From: an uncultured Chloroflexia bacterium
GTDB lineage: Bacteria; Chloroflexota; Limnocylindria; QHBO01
Assembly: GCA_963807915.1 (NCBI GenBank)
Contig: CAWEDO010000001.1
Span: forward strand, 351,701-415,700
Reading direction: 5' to 3'
Length of the DNA: 64,000 nt
Under the pieces are notes generated by a model, which made no database searches, had not been told where the DNA came from, and worked only from the letters and a program-made list of their open reading frames with translations. Position 1 is the stretch's first letter, and each line of letters opens with the position of its first letter. Position numbers and translations under genes: made by a program. Positions 1 through 10,025 of this stretch are shown here, piece by piece.

Positions 1-1
1 C

Positions 2-580
2 ATCGCGTCGCTGCGGGCCGTCTTCGGCAGCACCGTGCTCTATCCATCGGACGCCAACCAGGCCGCGGCCCTGGTTGCCAAGGTCCTGCATCGCAAGGGG
101 ATCGTCTTCATCCGCACCACCCGCGAGAAGCTGCCGGTCCTCTATCCCTCGACCGAGCCGTTCGACATCGGCGGCAGCCGGGTCGTCCGCCGGTCCGATG
201 CCGACCAGGTGACCCTGGTCGGGGCGGGGATCACCCTTCACGAGGCGATCGCGGCCGCTTCCCAGCTGGCCGAGGAGGGGATCGCGGCCCGGGTGATCGA
301 CTGCTTCTCGGTGAAGCCGATCGACGCCGAGACGCTGCGCGCGGCCGCCGCCGAGACGGGCGGCATCATCACCGTCGAGGACCACTGGCCGGAGGGCGGC
401 CTGGGGGACGCCGTGCTGGAGGTCTTCGCCGCCGACCCCACGCGTCCACCGATCGTGAAGCTGGCCGTCCGCCACATGCCCGGGTCGGCGACCCCTGCCC
501 AGCAGCTTGCGCTGGCGGGGATCGACGCGGCCCACATCGTCGCCGCCGCCCGTGACCTCGTACAGGAGAGCCGACCATGA
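2..580 (+). CDS. tkt: Transketolase, C-terminal part (5' truncated by window edge)
   Basis: Frame is open from position 2. Motifs FIRTTREK, GAGITLHEA, DCFSVKPID and TVEDHWPEGGLG match the transketolase pyrimidine-binding and C-terminal domains. First gene of a PPP operon. Confidence 0.9.
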   Translation: MASLRAVFGSTVLYPSDANQAAALVAKVLHRKGIVFIRTTREKLPVLYPSTEPFDIGGSRVVRRSDADQVTLVGAGITLHEAIAAASQLAEEGIAARVIDCFSVKPIDAETLRAAAAETGGIITVEDHWPEGGLGDAVLEVFAADPTRPPIVKLAVRHMPGSATPAQQLALAGIDAAHIVAAARDLVQESRP

Positions 581-1680
581 ACAACCTGCAACGGCTGCAC
601 GTCGAGCAGGACCAGAGCCCCTGGATCGACTTCATCGATCGCCAGCTTATCGACAGCGGCAAGCTGGCGGAGCGGGTCGCGATGGGAATCCGCGGCCTCA
701 CCAGCAACCCAACCATCTTCGGCAAGGCCGTCGCCAGCGGCCAGTACGACGACCTCATCCGCCGCGAGATCGCCGCCGGCCACGACACGCGCCGGATCTT
801 CGAGGAGATCGAGATCGCCGACGTCGGTGACGCGGCCGACATCCTGCGCAAGGTCTACGACGAGGCCGATGGCATGGACGGCTTCGTCTCGATCGAGGTC
901 GAGCCGGACCTGGCCGATGATTCGCAGGCCACCCTCGAGCGAGCCCGACATCTCTGGCGCCGGCTGTCCCGCCCGAACGTGTTCGTGAAGATCCCGGCCA
1001 CGCCCGAATGCCTGCCGGCGATCGAGGACGCGATTGCGGAGGGGATCAACATCAACATCACGCTGATGTTCAGCGTCGACGTCTACCGCGAGGTGGCGGA
1101 GGCCTACATCGCCGGCCTGCGGCGGCTGCGCGCCGCGGGCGGCGACATCGGGCACGTGGCATCGGTCGCGTCGTTCTTCGTAAGCCGGGTCGACACCAAG
1201 GTCGACAAGGCCCTCGACGCGATCGGCAGCGAGGCGGCGCTGGCGGCCAGGGGCCGCGCGGCGATCGCCAACGCGAAGCTCGCCTACCACGCCTTCAAGG
1301 AGATCTTCGAGGGCGGAGACTTCGACGAGCTGGCGGCCGCCGGAGCGCGGGTGCAGCGCTGCCTGTGGGCCAGCACCTCGACCAAGAACCCCGTCTATCG
1401 CGACGTGATGTACGCCGAGGAGCTGATCGGGCCGCAGACGGTCGACACGCTGCCGAACGAGACGATCGAGGCATTCCTCGACCATGGCGTGGTGAGCCGC
1501 ACCCTGGACGTGGGCTTGGACGAGGCCATCGAGGCCATCCGCGCGGTCGAGTCGCTCGGGATCCCGATGGAGAACGTCACCGACGAGCTGATCGTCGAGG
1601 GGGTCGCGGCCTTCACCAAGTCGTTCGAGGACCTGATAGGCGTGATCGACGCCCAGCGCAAGGCGCTCGCTCCCGCGTGA
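577..1680 (+). CDS. tal: Transaldolase
   Basis: GLTSNPTIF, VSIEV, VKIPAT (Schiff-base Lys), NITLMFS, SFFVSRVD, LWASTSTKNP; ATGA overlap with tkt. Confidence 0.95.
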   Translation: MNNLQRLHVEQDQSPWIDFIDRQLIDSGKLAERVAMGIRGLTSNPTIFGKAVASGQYDDLIRREIAAGHDTRRIFEEIEIADVGDAADILRKVYDEADGMDGFVSIEVEPDLADDSQATLERARHLWRRLSRPNVFVKIPATPECLPAIEDAIAEGININITLMFSVDVYREVAEAYIAGLRRLRAAGGDIGHVASVASFFVSRVDTKVDKALDAIGSEAALAARGRAAIANAKLAYHAFKEIFEGGDFDELAAAGARVQRCLWASTSTKNPVYRDVMYAEELIGPQTVDTLPNETIEAFLDHGVVSRTLDVGLDEAIEAIRAVESLGIPMENVTDELIVEGVAAFTKSFEDLIGVIDAQRKALAPA

Positions 1681-3354
1681 CCGCCCCGGCCGGCTCAGCC
1701 GCGCTGGCCACCGCGGTGACGGCACGCCTCGCCCTTTGGGCCGAGGAGCGGGTCGCGGAACGCCTCTGGTCGCGCGACGGGAGCCTCTGGGCCGCGTCCG
1801 GCAAGGCCGCCGCCTGGCTCGGCTGGCTGGGGCTGCCCGAGGGGATGCGCGAACGCATCGGTGAGCTCGAGCGGATCGCACGCGAGGTGCGCGACGACGG
1901 CTACACGCGGGCCGCGGTGCTCGGCATGGGGGGCAGCAGCCTCGCACCGGAGCTCTTCAGCCATCTCTTCCGCGACGCGGATGGGAAGGAGCTGCGCATC
2001 CTCGACTCGACGCACCCGGATGCGGTCCGCGGCTTCCGGGAATGGGCCGAGTCGGCGCGCACCATCTTCTGCGTCAGCAGCAAGTCCGGAACGACCACCG
2101 AGCCGAATGCCTTCCACGCGGCCATGAGCGCGCACGCCCCGGCCCTCGACTTCATTGCCATCACCGACCCCGGGACGGCGCTTGCCGACCTCGCTCGCTC
2201 CCAGGGCTTCCGGGCCATCGTCGAGGGGCCGCCGGACGTCGGCGGCCGCTACAGCGCCCTCTCCGTCTTTGGCCTGCTGCCGGCCGCCATGCACGGTGTC
2301 GATCTCGAGGCGCTGCTGGAGCGGGCGAGCGTCATGGCCGATGCCTGCCGTCTCCCGGCCGAGCAGAACCCCGGCCTCCAGCTCGGGGCGGCGCTGGGGG
2401 AGGCCGCGCTGGCGGGACGCGACAAGCTCACGATCCTCGCCCCGCCGCGCCTGGCGCCGCTCGGGGACTGGATCGAGCAGCTCGTGGCCGAGAGCACCGG
2501 CAAGGCAGGCCGCGGCATCGTGCCGGTGGTCGGCGAGCCGTCCGGCGCGGCCGAGCGCGTACGGGGCGGACCGGCAGTTCGTCGTCATCAGCCTCGCGGG
2601 CGACGACGGCTTCGCAGGCGCTCGCCTCGCGAGCTCGAGGGCCTGGGACATCCGGTCCTCCGCCTGGACCTGCGCGGGCCGCTCGACATCGGCGCCGAAT
2701 TCGTGCGCTGGGAAGTCGCCACCGCCGCGGCAGGGATCCTGCTCGGCATCGATCCGTTCGACCAGCCCAATGTGCAGGAGGCCAAGGACGCCACTCGCAC
2801 GCTGCTCGACTGCGTATCGCGCCAACGGGTCGCTCGTCCAGCCCGCTCCCCTGGTGGCGGAGCCCGGCCTCGCGGCCTACGGCGATCCGACCGCCCTGGG
2901 CGAGGACCCGGTCACCGTCGACGGGGCACTCGCTGCACTGCTGGCGACGGCGAGCGCGGAGGACTACTTCGCTCTCCTCGCCTACCTTCCGGCCGATCCG
3001 GCGACCGTGGAGCTGCTGCAGCGGGTGCGGGCGCTGGTCCGGGACCGGCTCGGGCTGGCCACCACCGTCGGCATCGGCCCGCGCTTCCTCCATTCGACCG
3101 GCCAGCTGCACAAGGGTGGCCCGCCATCCGGGATCTTCCTGCAGCTCACCGCGGATCCGCGACGCGACCTCCCCATCCCCGGCTGGCCGGAGAGCTTCGG
3201 GACGCTGATTGCCGCACAGGCGGCCGGCGATCTCGCCGCCCTCCAGCGACGTGGGCGTCGGGTCCTGCGTCTCCACCTTGCCGATCCGGAGTCCGGCCTC
3301 GCCCGCCTGGAGGCGATGATGGACGCCACGCTTGGCGAGCCGGCGCACGCCTGA
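1677..3354 (+). CDS. pgi: Glucose-6-phosphate isomerase (Tal/Pgi-type PGI domain); apparent frameshifts at ~2555, ~2630 and ~2815
   Basis: GMGGSSL, SSKSGTT, DVGGRYS, QLVAESTGK, PFDQPNVQEAK, then GPRFLHSTGQLHKGG in another frame. GTG start overlaps the tal stop. Confidence 0.85.
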
Positions 3355-3394
3355 CGGCGAGCTCACAACCGAAACCGCACCAACAGAGGACGAG

Positions 3395-4324
3395 ATGCAG
3401 ATCGCGATTGCAGGCCTGGGGCGGATCGGGGCCGGGATGGCCCGGCGGCTCGCGCGCAACGGGCACGAGGTCATCGCCTGGAACCGGCACGCCGAGGTCG
3501 CGACGGACCTGGCCGCCGAGCCGGAGAACGGCGGGCATGTCACGGTTGCCGAGTCGCTGGAGGCGCTGGCAGCCCTCATGACCCCGCCGCGGCACGTGGT
3601 CGTCAGCGTCCCGTCGGGCGACGCCACCGCCGACCTCGTCGAGCGTCTCGCCGCGGTCCTCTCACCGGGCGACGTCATCGTGGACGCGGGCAACAGCAAC
3701 TTCCACGACTCCCAGGCGCGCGCCGCCCAGCTGGCGGAGCGCGGCCTGGAGTGGCTTGACATGGGCGTCAGCGGCGGGATCTGGGGCCTGCAGGTCGGCT
3801 TCTGCGCCATGGTCGGCGGCAAGCGCGACGTCTTCGAGCGCTTCGAGCCCGCGGTCCGGTCGCTCGCCCCGGAGGGCGGCTACCTGTACTGCGGCCCGGC
3901 GGGGGCCGGGCACTACGTGAAGATGGTCCACAACGGCATCGAGTACGGGCTCATGCAGGCCTATGGCGAGGGCTTCGACATCCTCCACGCCTCGGAGTTC
4001 GACCTCGACCTGGCTGCCGTCGCGCGCCTCTGGAACAACGGGTCGGTCATCCGCTCCTGGCTGCTCGAGCTGGCCGGCGATGCCTTCGCCAAGGAGGGGA
4101 ACGACCTGGCCGAGATCCGCGGCTGGGTGGCGGACTCCGGCGAGGGGCGCTGGACGGTCGCCGAGGCGCTCGAGCACGACGTCCCGGCGCCGATCATCAC
4201 CCTCTCGCTCCTGCAGCGCCTGCGCAGCCGGCGCGACCCGGACAGCTTCAGCGATCGGGTGCTGGCTGCCCTGCGCAACGAGTTCGGCGGACATGCGGTC
4301 AAGTCCACCGACGAGGGCTCCTGA
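3395..4324 (+). CDS. gnd: 6-phosphogluconate dehydrogenase, decarboxylating (short form)
   Basis: GLGRIG Rossmann motif, DAGNS, GVSGG, GAGHYVKMVHNGIEYG, DSGEGRW, LRNEFGGH. GAGGA RBS before ATG 3395. Confidence 0.95.
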   Translation: MQIAIAGLGRIGAGMARRLARNGHEVIAWNRHAEVATDLAAEPENGGHVTVAESLEALAALMTPPRHVVVSVPSGDATADLVERLAAVLSPGDVIVDAGNSNFHDSQARAAQLAERGLEWLDMGVSGGIWGLQVGFCAMVGGKRDVFERFEPAVRSLAPEGGYLYCGPAGAGHYVKMVHNGIEYGLMQAYGEGFDILHASEFDLDLAAVARLWNNGSVIRSWLLELAGDAFAKEGNDLAEIRGWVADSGEGRWTVAEALEHDVPAPIITLSLLQRLRSRRDPDSFSDRVLAALRNEFGGHAVKSTDEGS

Positions 4325-4331
4325 TCCAGGC

Positions 4332-5930
4332 ATGGCCAGCCGCGGCGACCCCGATGACACCGCGCCGGCGCGACCGGCCAGCGCGCGAAACCCGCTTCGG
4401 GCGGGCCTGCGCCTCGATCGCATGCCCGAGCCCTGCACCATGGTCATCGTCGGCGCCACCGGCGACCTCACCGAGCGCAAGCTGGCCCCAGCCCTCTACA
4501 ACCTGATGCTGGGTGGCGCACTGCCGCCGGAGTTCACCGTCGTCGGCTTTGCGCGCCGCGACCTTTCCGCCGCCCAGTTCCGCGCGCACCTGCGCAAGGG
4601 GATCGACAAGTACAGCCGCAACCGACCGGTGAAGGCGTCAATCTGGGAGTCGTTCGGCGCCGGGATCGAGTACCAGTGCGGGGAGTTCCACGACGCCGAG
4701 GCCTGGGCTGCGCTCGCGAAGCGGCTGGAGCGCATCGACCGCGATCGCGGCACGTCGGGCAATCGGCTCTTCTACCTGGCGGTCCCGCCGAGCCTGCACG
4801 ACGAGATCGTGCGGCAGATCGGGGCAGCGGGGCTGTCGGGGTCGGGGTCGGGGAGCACGGATTCCCGCTATCGGGGCTGGTCGCGCGTGATCGTGGAGAA
4901 GCCGTTCGGCTCGGACCTCGCCAGCGCGCGGAAGCTGAACCGACAGCTGCGGGAGGTCTTCGACGAGGACCAGATCTTCCGGATCGACCACTACCTCGGC
5001 AAGGAGACGGTTCAGAACCTGTCCGTCTTCCGCTTCGGCAATGGCCTCTTCGAGCCGATCTGGAACCGGCGCTACATCGACTCGGTCCAGATCACGGTGG
5101 CGGAGACGGTGGGCATCGAGGGTCGCGGCGAGTCGTACGACCAGACCGGGGCCCTGCGCGACATCGTCCAGAACCACGTCATGCAGCTGATGGCCGTCTT
5201 CGCGATGGAACCGCCGATCGAGTTCAAGGCGGCGGACCTGCGCGACGAGAAGGTGAAGGTGCTGCGCGCCGTCAAGCCGATGTCGCCGGCCGAGGTCGAG
5301 GCGGCCACCGTGCGCGGCCAGTACGTCTCCGGCTGGGTCGAAGGGAAGCCCGTGCCCGCCTACCGCGAGGAGCCGGAGGTCGCCTCGAACTCGGACCGCG
5401 AGACGTACGTCGCCCTCAAGCTCGCGATCGAGTCCTGGCGCTGGGCGGGGGTGCCCTTCTACGTGCGGACCGGCAAGGCGCTGGCCACGCGCGTGACCGA
5501 GATCGCGGTCCAGTTCAAGCAGGCGCCGCTCGCCCTCTTCTCGCGGGCCGGCGCCCCGCCGATGGAGCCGAACATCCTGGCCATCCGAGTGCAGCCCGAC
5601 GAGGGCATCCTGCTGCGGTTCGGCGCCAAGGTGCCCGGCCCCGGACTCCAGATCCGCGGCGTGAACATGGACTTTCGTTACGGATCGAGCTTCGCGGTCG
5701 ACTCGCCCGACGCCTACGAGACGCTGCTGCTCGACTGCATGATCGGCGACGCCTCGCTCTTCACGCGGGACGACGAGGTCGAGCGCGCCTGGGAGATCCT
5801 GGATCCGATCCTCGACGCATGGGCCGGCGGCGAGGGCGGCCGGTTGCACCTCTATCCGGCCGGGACCTGGGGACCCGCCGCCGCGGACGAGCTGCTCGAG
5901 CGGGACGGACGGGCATGGCGACGGCCGTAG
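4332..5930 (+). CDS. zwf: Glucose-6-phosphate 1-dehydrogenase
   Basis: GATGDL, EKPFG, RIDHYLGKE, DIVQNH, RWAGVPFYVRTGK, YPAGTWGP. Confidence 0.97.
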   Translation: MASRGDPDDTAPARPASARNPLRAGLRLDRMPEPCTMVIVGATGDLTERKLAPALYNLMLGGALPPEFTVVGFARRDLSAAQFRAHLRKGIDKYSRNRPVKASIWESFGAGIEYQCGEFHDAEAWAALAKRLERIDRDRGTSGNRLFYLAVPPSLHDEIVRQIGAAGLSGSGSGSTDSRYRGWSRVIVEKPFGSDLASARKLNRQLREVFDEDQIFRIDHYLGKETVQNLSVFRFGNGLFEPIWNRRYIDSVQITVAETVGIEGRGESYDQTGALRDIVQNHVMQLMAVFAMEPPIEFKAADLRDEKVKVLRAVKPMSPAEVEAATVRGQYVSGWVEGKPVPAYREEPEVASNSDRETYVALKLAIESWRWAGVPFYVRTGKALATRVTEIAVQFKQAPLALFSRAGAPPMEPNILAIRVQPDEGILLRFGAKVPGPGLQIRGVNMDFRYGSSFAVDSPDAYETLLLDCMIGDASLFTRDDEVERAWEILDPILDAWAGGEGGRLHLYPAGTWGPAAADELLERDGRAWRRP

Positions 5931-7204
5931 GCAGGTCGTCGGCCGCGCGTCGGGCGCTGGCGGTGCACCGCCGCCTGATGCGCTTCGGGGCGGCCGAGAC
6001 GATCGTGGCCGAGCCGTGGGTCGAGCGCGATACCACCGTGCAGGCCATCGCGGCGCACCTGGCGCAGCTGTGGACCAGCCCCGCCAATGGCGAGGACTCA
6101 CGGGTCATCGAAAAGGGCATGTCGCACGCTCGCGCCTCGGTGCTGAACCTGATCGTCATGGTGCCGGACGAGGCATCGGCGTCGCGGGTGGTGGAGACGA
6201 TGATCGGCCTCGGCGTCCGCCACCCCTCGCGCGCCATCATCCTGGTGGCCGACCCGAAGGCGGGTGGCCCGACCCTCAGCGCGAGCATCACCGCGCACTG
6301 CCAGGACGGCCCCGAGGGAGCCGAGCGGATCTGCTTCGAGGTGGTGGCGCTGACGGTCCACGGGGATGCCGCCGAGCACCTCTCCGGGATCGTCGCCCCG
6401 CTCCTCATCCACGACCTGCCGACCCACATCTGGTGGCCGGGCGACCCGCCCTTCAGCGACCCGATCTTCGACCAGCTGGTGGAGATGGGCGACCGGGTCA
6501 TGGTGGACAGCGACGAGTTCGGTGACCTGCTGCTCGGGCTCCGCCGACTGACGACGCTGCGTCGGCGCAGCGGGGTCGGTGACCTGGCCTGGCGGCGCCT
6601 GGCGTGGTGGCAGGAGCTCACGGCCGAATTCTTCGATGCCCCGCGCTTCCGCCGCTACCTGCCGAACCTGAACCGTCTCGTGATCCGCTACGCGGTCCCG
6701 CCGGGGCACGCACCGCGCACGCGGAGGTCGAAACGCCAGCGGGTCTCGTGGATCGTGGCGTCGCCGCTCGCCGGCCCGATGCTGTATGCCGGCTGGATGG
6801 CTTCCCGCATCGAGTGGCGGCGCTATGCAACGACCCGGCCGCTCGAGGACGGCGGCCTGCAGCTCAAGCTCGAGGGCCGCCACGAGATGGTGGAGCTGCG
6901 GATCGAGCCGGTCGAGACGGACGACCTGCCTCCCGGCGAGCTGGTCGGGGTGCGGATGCGTGCCTTCGGGGAGACCGGCGCGGCGGAGTTCATCATCGAG
7001 CGCACCGCCGACGAGGCGGTGGTCGCCTCCAACGCGGACGGGATGACGGCCCTCCTGCGACGGATGCCGATGGAGCAGCCAACCGAATCCGAGCTGCTGG
7101 CGGCCGACCTGGTGATGGACCAGCACGACGCGGTGTACGAGGCCGCCGTGCGGGCGGCCGCCGTCTTCCTCGCCTCGGCCCGCCAGGTCGACCTGGCCGG
7201 GTGA
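5915..7204 (+). CDS. opcA: G6PDH assembly protein OpcA
   Basis: Directly after zwf. RASVLNLIV, HPSRAII, PLLIHDLPTHIWWPG, DRVMVDS, DLAWRRLAWW are OpcA family motifs. Confidence 0.88.
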   Translation: MATAVGRSSAARRALAVHRRLMRFGAAETIVAEPWVERDTTVQAIAAHLAQLWTSPANGEDSRVIEKGMSHARASVLNLIVMVPDEASASRVVETMIGLGVRHPSRAIILVADPKAGGPTLSASITAHCQDGPEGAERICFEVVALTVHGDAAEHLSGIVAPLLIHDLPTHIWWPGDPPFSDPIFDQLVEMGDRVMVDSDEFGDLLLGLRRLTTLRRRSGVGDLAWRRLAWWQELTAEFFDAPRFRRYLPNLNRLVIRYAVPPGHAPRTRRSKRQRVSWIVASPLAGPMLYAGWMASRIEWRRYATTRPLEDGGLQLKLEGRHEMVELRIEPVETDDLPPGELVGVRMRAFGETGAAEFIIERTADEAVVASNADGMTALLRRMPMEQPTESELLAADLVMDQHDAVYEAAVRAAAVFLASARQVDLAG

Positions 7205-7923
7205 CCGTCGAGTTCCGGGTCCTTCCCACGCAGACCGCCCTTGCGGAGGCGGCCGCTGATCGCATCGTGGCGGTGGCGCGCAACGCGATCCGGCGCCGCG
7301 GCCGCTGCGTGCTTGCGCTCTCCGGCGGCTCGACCCCGCGAGTCGTCTATCCGCTCCTCGCCGCCTCGCCGCGCGTCGACGCCGTCGACTGGTCGCGCGT
7401 CCAGTTCGTCTGGGGCGACGAGCGCGCGGTCCCGCCCGACCACGCCGAGTCGAACTACGGCGTGGCCCGCGCGATGCTGCTCGAGCACCTGCCCGGGCTC
7501 CGAGCCGATGCGGTCCACCGCATGCCGGCGGAGGTGCCGGATCGCGAAGCAGCCGCTGCGGGCTACGAGCGAACGATCCGGCGCCTGCTCGACCCACCGC
7601 GGCTGGACCTCATCTGGCTGGGGATGGGGCCCGACGGGCACACCGCGTCGCTGTTTCCCGGTGCGAGCACCCTCGCCGAGCGCCAGCGCCTGGTCGTGCC
7701 CGCGACAGCACCCGCAGGGATGGCGGTCCACGACCGGATGACCTTCACCCTGCCGCTCATCAACGCCGCCCGCGCCGTGCTCTTCGTGGTGGCGGGCGCC
7801 GACAAGGCCGCGGCGGTGCGATCCGTTCGTGGCGGATCCCGCAAGCTGCCCGCTGCGCGCGTTCGAGCCCGGTCCACCCTCTGGCTGCTGGATGCCCCGG
7901 CCGCCGGGCGGGCCACCCCATGA
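7201..7923 (+). CDS. pgl: 6-phosphogluconolactonase
   Basis: LALSGGSTP, WGDERAVP, SNY, LGMGPDGHTASLFPG, RMTFTLP; GTGA overlap with opcA. Confidence 0.95.
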   Translation: MTVEFRVLPTQTALAEAAADRIVAVARNAIRRRGRCVLALSGGSTPRVVYPLLAASPRVDAVDWSRVQFVWGDERAVPPDHAESNYGVARAMLLEHLPGLRADAVHRMPAEVPDREAAAAGYERTIRRLLDPPRLDLIWLGMGPDGHTASLFPGASTLAERQRLVVPATAPAGMAVHDRMTFTLPLINAARAVLFVVAGADKAAAVRSVRGGSRKLPAARVRARSTLWLLDAPAAGRATP

Positions 7924-8180
7924 GCACCTGGGTCTGGCTGTTGATCGCGGGCGTCGCGGCGGTCGCGGCCTATCTCGTCGGCTGGCCGACGTGGACCGGC
8001 TTCGCCGCTCGCCGCCGCCGAGACCTGAACACCGAGCGCTACCTCGCCTGGCGCGGGCGGGCGGGGGAGCGGCCGCCCGACCCGGCCCTGACCAGCGCGG
8101 AGCGGACTCGCCTTGCGGTCGCCGCCGCGCTGGCGCTGCTTGCCGTCTTCGCGCTCGTCGGCTTCTTCACCTACGCCTGA
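7920..8180 (+). CDS. Small two-TM membrane protein, hypothetical
   Basis: ATGA coupling to pgl; hydrophobic N- and C-terminal segments; high-GC codon usage. Confidence 0.7.
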   Translation: MSTWVWLLIAGVAAVAAYLVGWPTWTGFAARRRRDLNTERYLAWRGRAGERPPDPALTSAERTRLAVAAALALLAVFALVGFFTYA

Positions 8181-8184
8181 GCCG

Positions 8185-8526
8185 ATGCGCGTCGAGCTCC
8201 TGTACTGGGACGGCGACCCGAACTACATGACCGCTCGCCAGCGCCTGGTCGAGGTGCTGACCGAGGATGCGTTCGAGACGCCGATCCAGATGATCGCGGT
8301 CAACAGCGAGGCCGACGCGGAGCTGCTCGCCTTTCCCGGTTCGCCCACCATCCGCATCGACGACGTCGACATCCATCCAGCCGGGGTCGGGGGGATCGGG
8401 CTCCGGCTGCGCAGCTACCCGGACGACGCGGATCCTGACGGCCCATCGAGCGAGCCCGTGCCCGGGAAGCGGCTCATCCGCCGGGCCGTGGAGCGCGCAC
8501 GCGGCTGGGGCCACGGACGGGGATAG
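8185..8526 (+). CDS. Thioredoxin-fold protein (DUF2703/'alkylmercury lyase'-like) lacking cysteines
   Basis: MRVELLYWDGDPN...FPGSPTIRID resembles the YFDGCP...GSPT family (recalled similarity, not a search result). Confidence 0.6.
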   Translation: MRVELLYWDGDPNYMTARQRLVEVLTEDAFETPIQMIAVNSEADAELLAFPGSPTIRIDDVDIHPAGVGGIGLRLRSYPDDADPDGPSSEPVPGKRLIRRAVERARGWGHGRG

Positions 8527-8586
8527 CGTCTGCCAGCGCATCAGTCCGACGAGGGTTAGACTCCGACGGATCATGGTTGTTCCCGC

Positions 8587-8958
8587 ATGACTGCCAACAA
8601 GCGGCCGAGCACTTCGAGCCTGCGCCGCTTCATCAGCTCACGACCCTACGTCGCCATCGCCGAGCTGCGGCGCCGGTTCATGCTCGACCAGCCCGACGAC
8701 ATGTCCCGCCTGGAGCGCGACGGGCAGGCGGTTTGGGTTGGGCTTCCGGAGCGGGAGGCCTCGAAGCTCCAGGACCTGTGGTCGCGCGATGAGATCGGCC
8801 TCCAGCTGTCGGTCGAGGTTCGGGCACCGGTGGTGGTCGGGATCTTCCCGATGCGGGTCGCACGCTATGTCATGGATGGCGCGTCATTCAACGGGTCGAA
8901 TGGGGTGCATCCCCATCCGGCCCATCCCCTGACCGCGGAGCCGGCACTCGCCGAGTGA
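8587..8958 (+). CDS. Hypothetical protein
   Basis: Clean 123-aa ORF; TAGACT -10-like box at 8557-8562; coupled (GTGA) to the next gene. Confidence 0.65.
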   Translation: MTANKRPSTSSLRRFISSRPYVAIAELRRRFMLDQPDDMSRLERDGQAVWVGLPEREASKLQDLWSRDEIGLQLSVEVRAPVVVGIFPMRVARYVMDGASFNGSNGVHPHPAHPLTAEPALAE

Positions 8959-9296
8959 CGGTCGTCCTCCTTGGCCGGGACCTGATCATCGCCTCGCGGA
9001 TCGCCGCCGCCGCCGAGCTCGCGCAGGTTCCCTTCACCCGGGTCGAGCACGCCGCGGATCTCCCGGCGCCGGCGCAGGTTCGCCTCCTGCTGGTCGACTG
9101 GGGCGATCGGTCGGCTGACTGGGACGAGCAGATCTCGGGGTGGTCAGCCGGGGCACCGCAGTCGGCTCGCCCGCGGATCCTCCTCTTCGGACCGCACGTC
9201 GACCTCGAGGCGCATGCGGCCGCTCGTTCCGCTGGACTCGGCCCGATGCTTGCTCGGTCGAAGCTCCTCGCCGACCTGCCCACCCTGCTCGGGTAG
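8955..9296 (+). CDS. Degenerate receiver-like (CheY-fold) protein
   Basis: Alternating beta/alpha pattern (VVLLGRD, LLLVDW, ILLFGPHVD..A.AA) typical of stand-alone atypical receiver domains. Confidence 0.55.
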   Translation: MTVVLLGRDLIIASRIAAAAELAQVPFTRVEHAADLPAPAQVRLLLVDWGDRSADWDEQISGWSAGAPQSARPRILLFGPHVDLEAHAAARSAGLGPMLARSKLLADLPTLLG

Positions 9297-9302
9297 CGGC
9301 CG

Positions 9303-10025
9303 TCAGGCAGGCGGCTTCATCGGTCGCAGCATGATGTCGGTCACCTCTGCCGTGCGGGGCATGTGCACGGCGAAGAGCACCGCCGCCGCCACGTCGTCCG
9401 CCGCCATCAGCCGCTCCGGGTCATAGGCGCGTCCCTCCGCCGCGTGGATCGCCGCCTGGAGCGGGGTGTCCGTCCGTCCGGGGTAGATGCTGACCACGCG
9501 AACCCCGTGGCGGTTCACCTCCTCGCGAAGGCTGTCGGCCAGCGCCCGCAGGGCCGCCTTGCTTGCGGCGTAGGCGCCTGCGATTGGCTGCGGACGCAGG
9601 ACGGCGCTGCTATTGATGAAGGCGACCTGACCCTCGGCGCGAATGAGAGCCGGCAGCAGGAGCCGGGTCAACCGCTCGGGCGCGGTCAGGTTGACGGCCA
9701 GCTGGAGGTCAAGGTCCGCGTCCGACGCCTCCGCGAGCGTTCCACGGGAGTACGCCCCGGCGCTGTGGACGAGCAGATCAAGCTCGGGAAGGTCAGTGGC
9801 AAGCGTTGTTCCGGCCCGCTCCACCTCGTCCTGCTTCCCGAAGTCCGCGGTCATCGTGCGTACGAGCCCCGTCCCTGCCCGGGCGCTGAGGCTCGCCAAC
9901 CGGCGCGTGTCGCGACCCAGGGCAGTCACTGAGGTTCCCTCGTCGACCAGGCGGTTGACGAGGGCTTGGCCGATGCCGCTGCTCGCGCCGGTCACCACCG
10001 CGTGGCGGATCGCGCGGTCAGCCAT
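9303..10025 (-). CDS. SDR family oxidoreductase
   Basis: TGASSGIG, NSS, YAASK, YPGRTDT. Confidence 0.92.
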   Translation of the reverse strand: MADRAIRHAVVTGASSGIGQALVNRLVDEGTSVTALGRDTRRLASLSARAGTGLVRTMTADFGKQDEVERAGTTLATDLPELDLLVHSAGAYSRGTLAEASDADLDLQLAVNLTAPERLTRLLLPALIRAEGQVAFINSSAVLRPQPIAGAYAASKAALRALADSLREEVNRHGVRVVSIYPGRTDTPLQAAIHAAEGRAYDPERLMAADDVAAAVLFAVHMPRTAEVTDIMLRPMKPPA

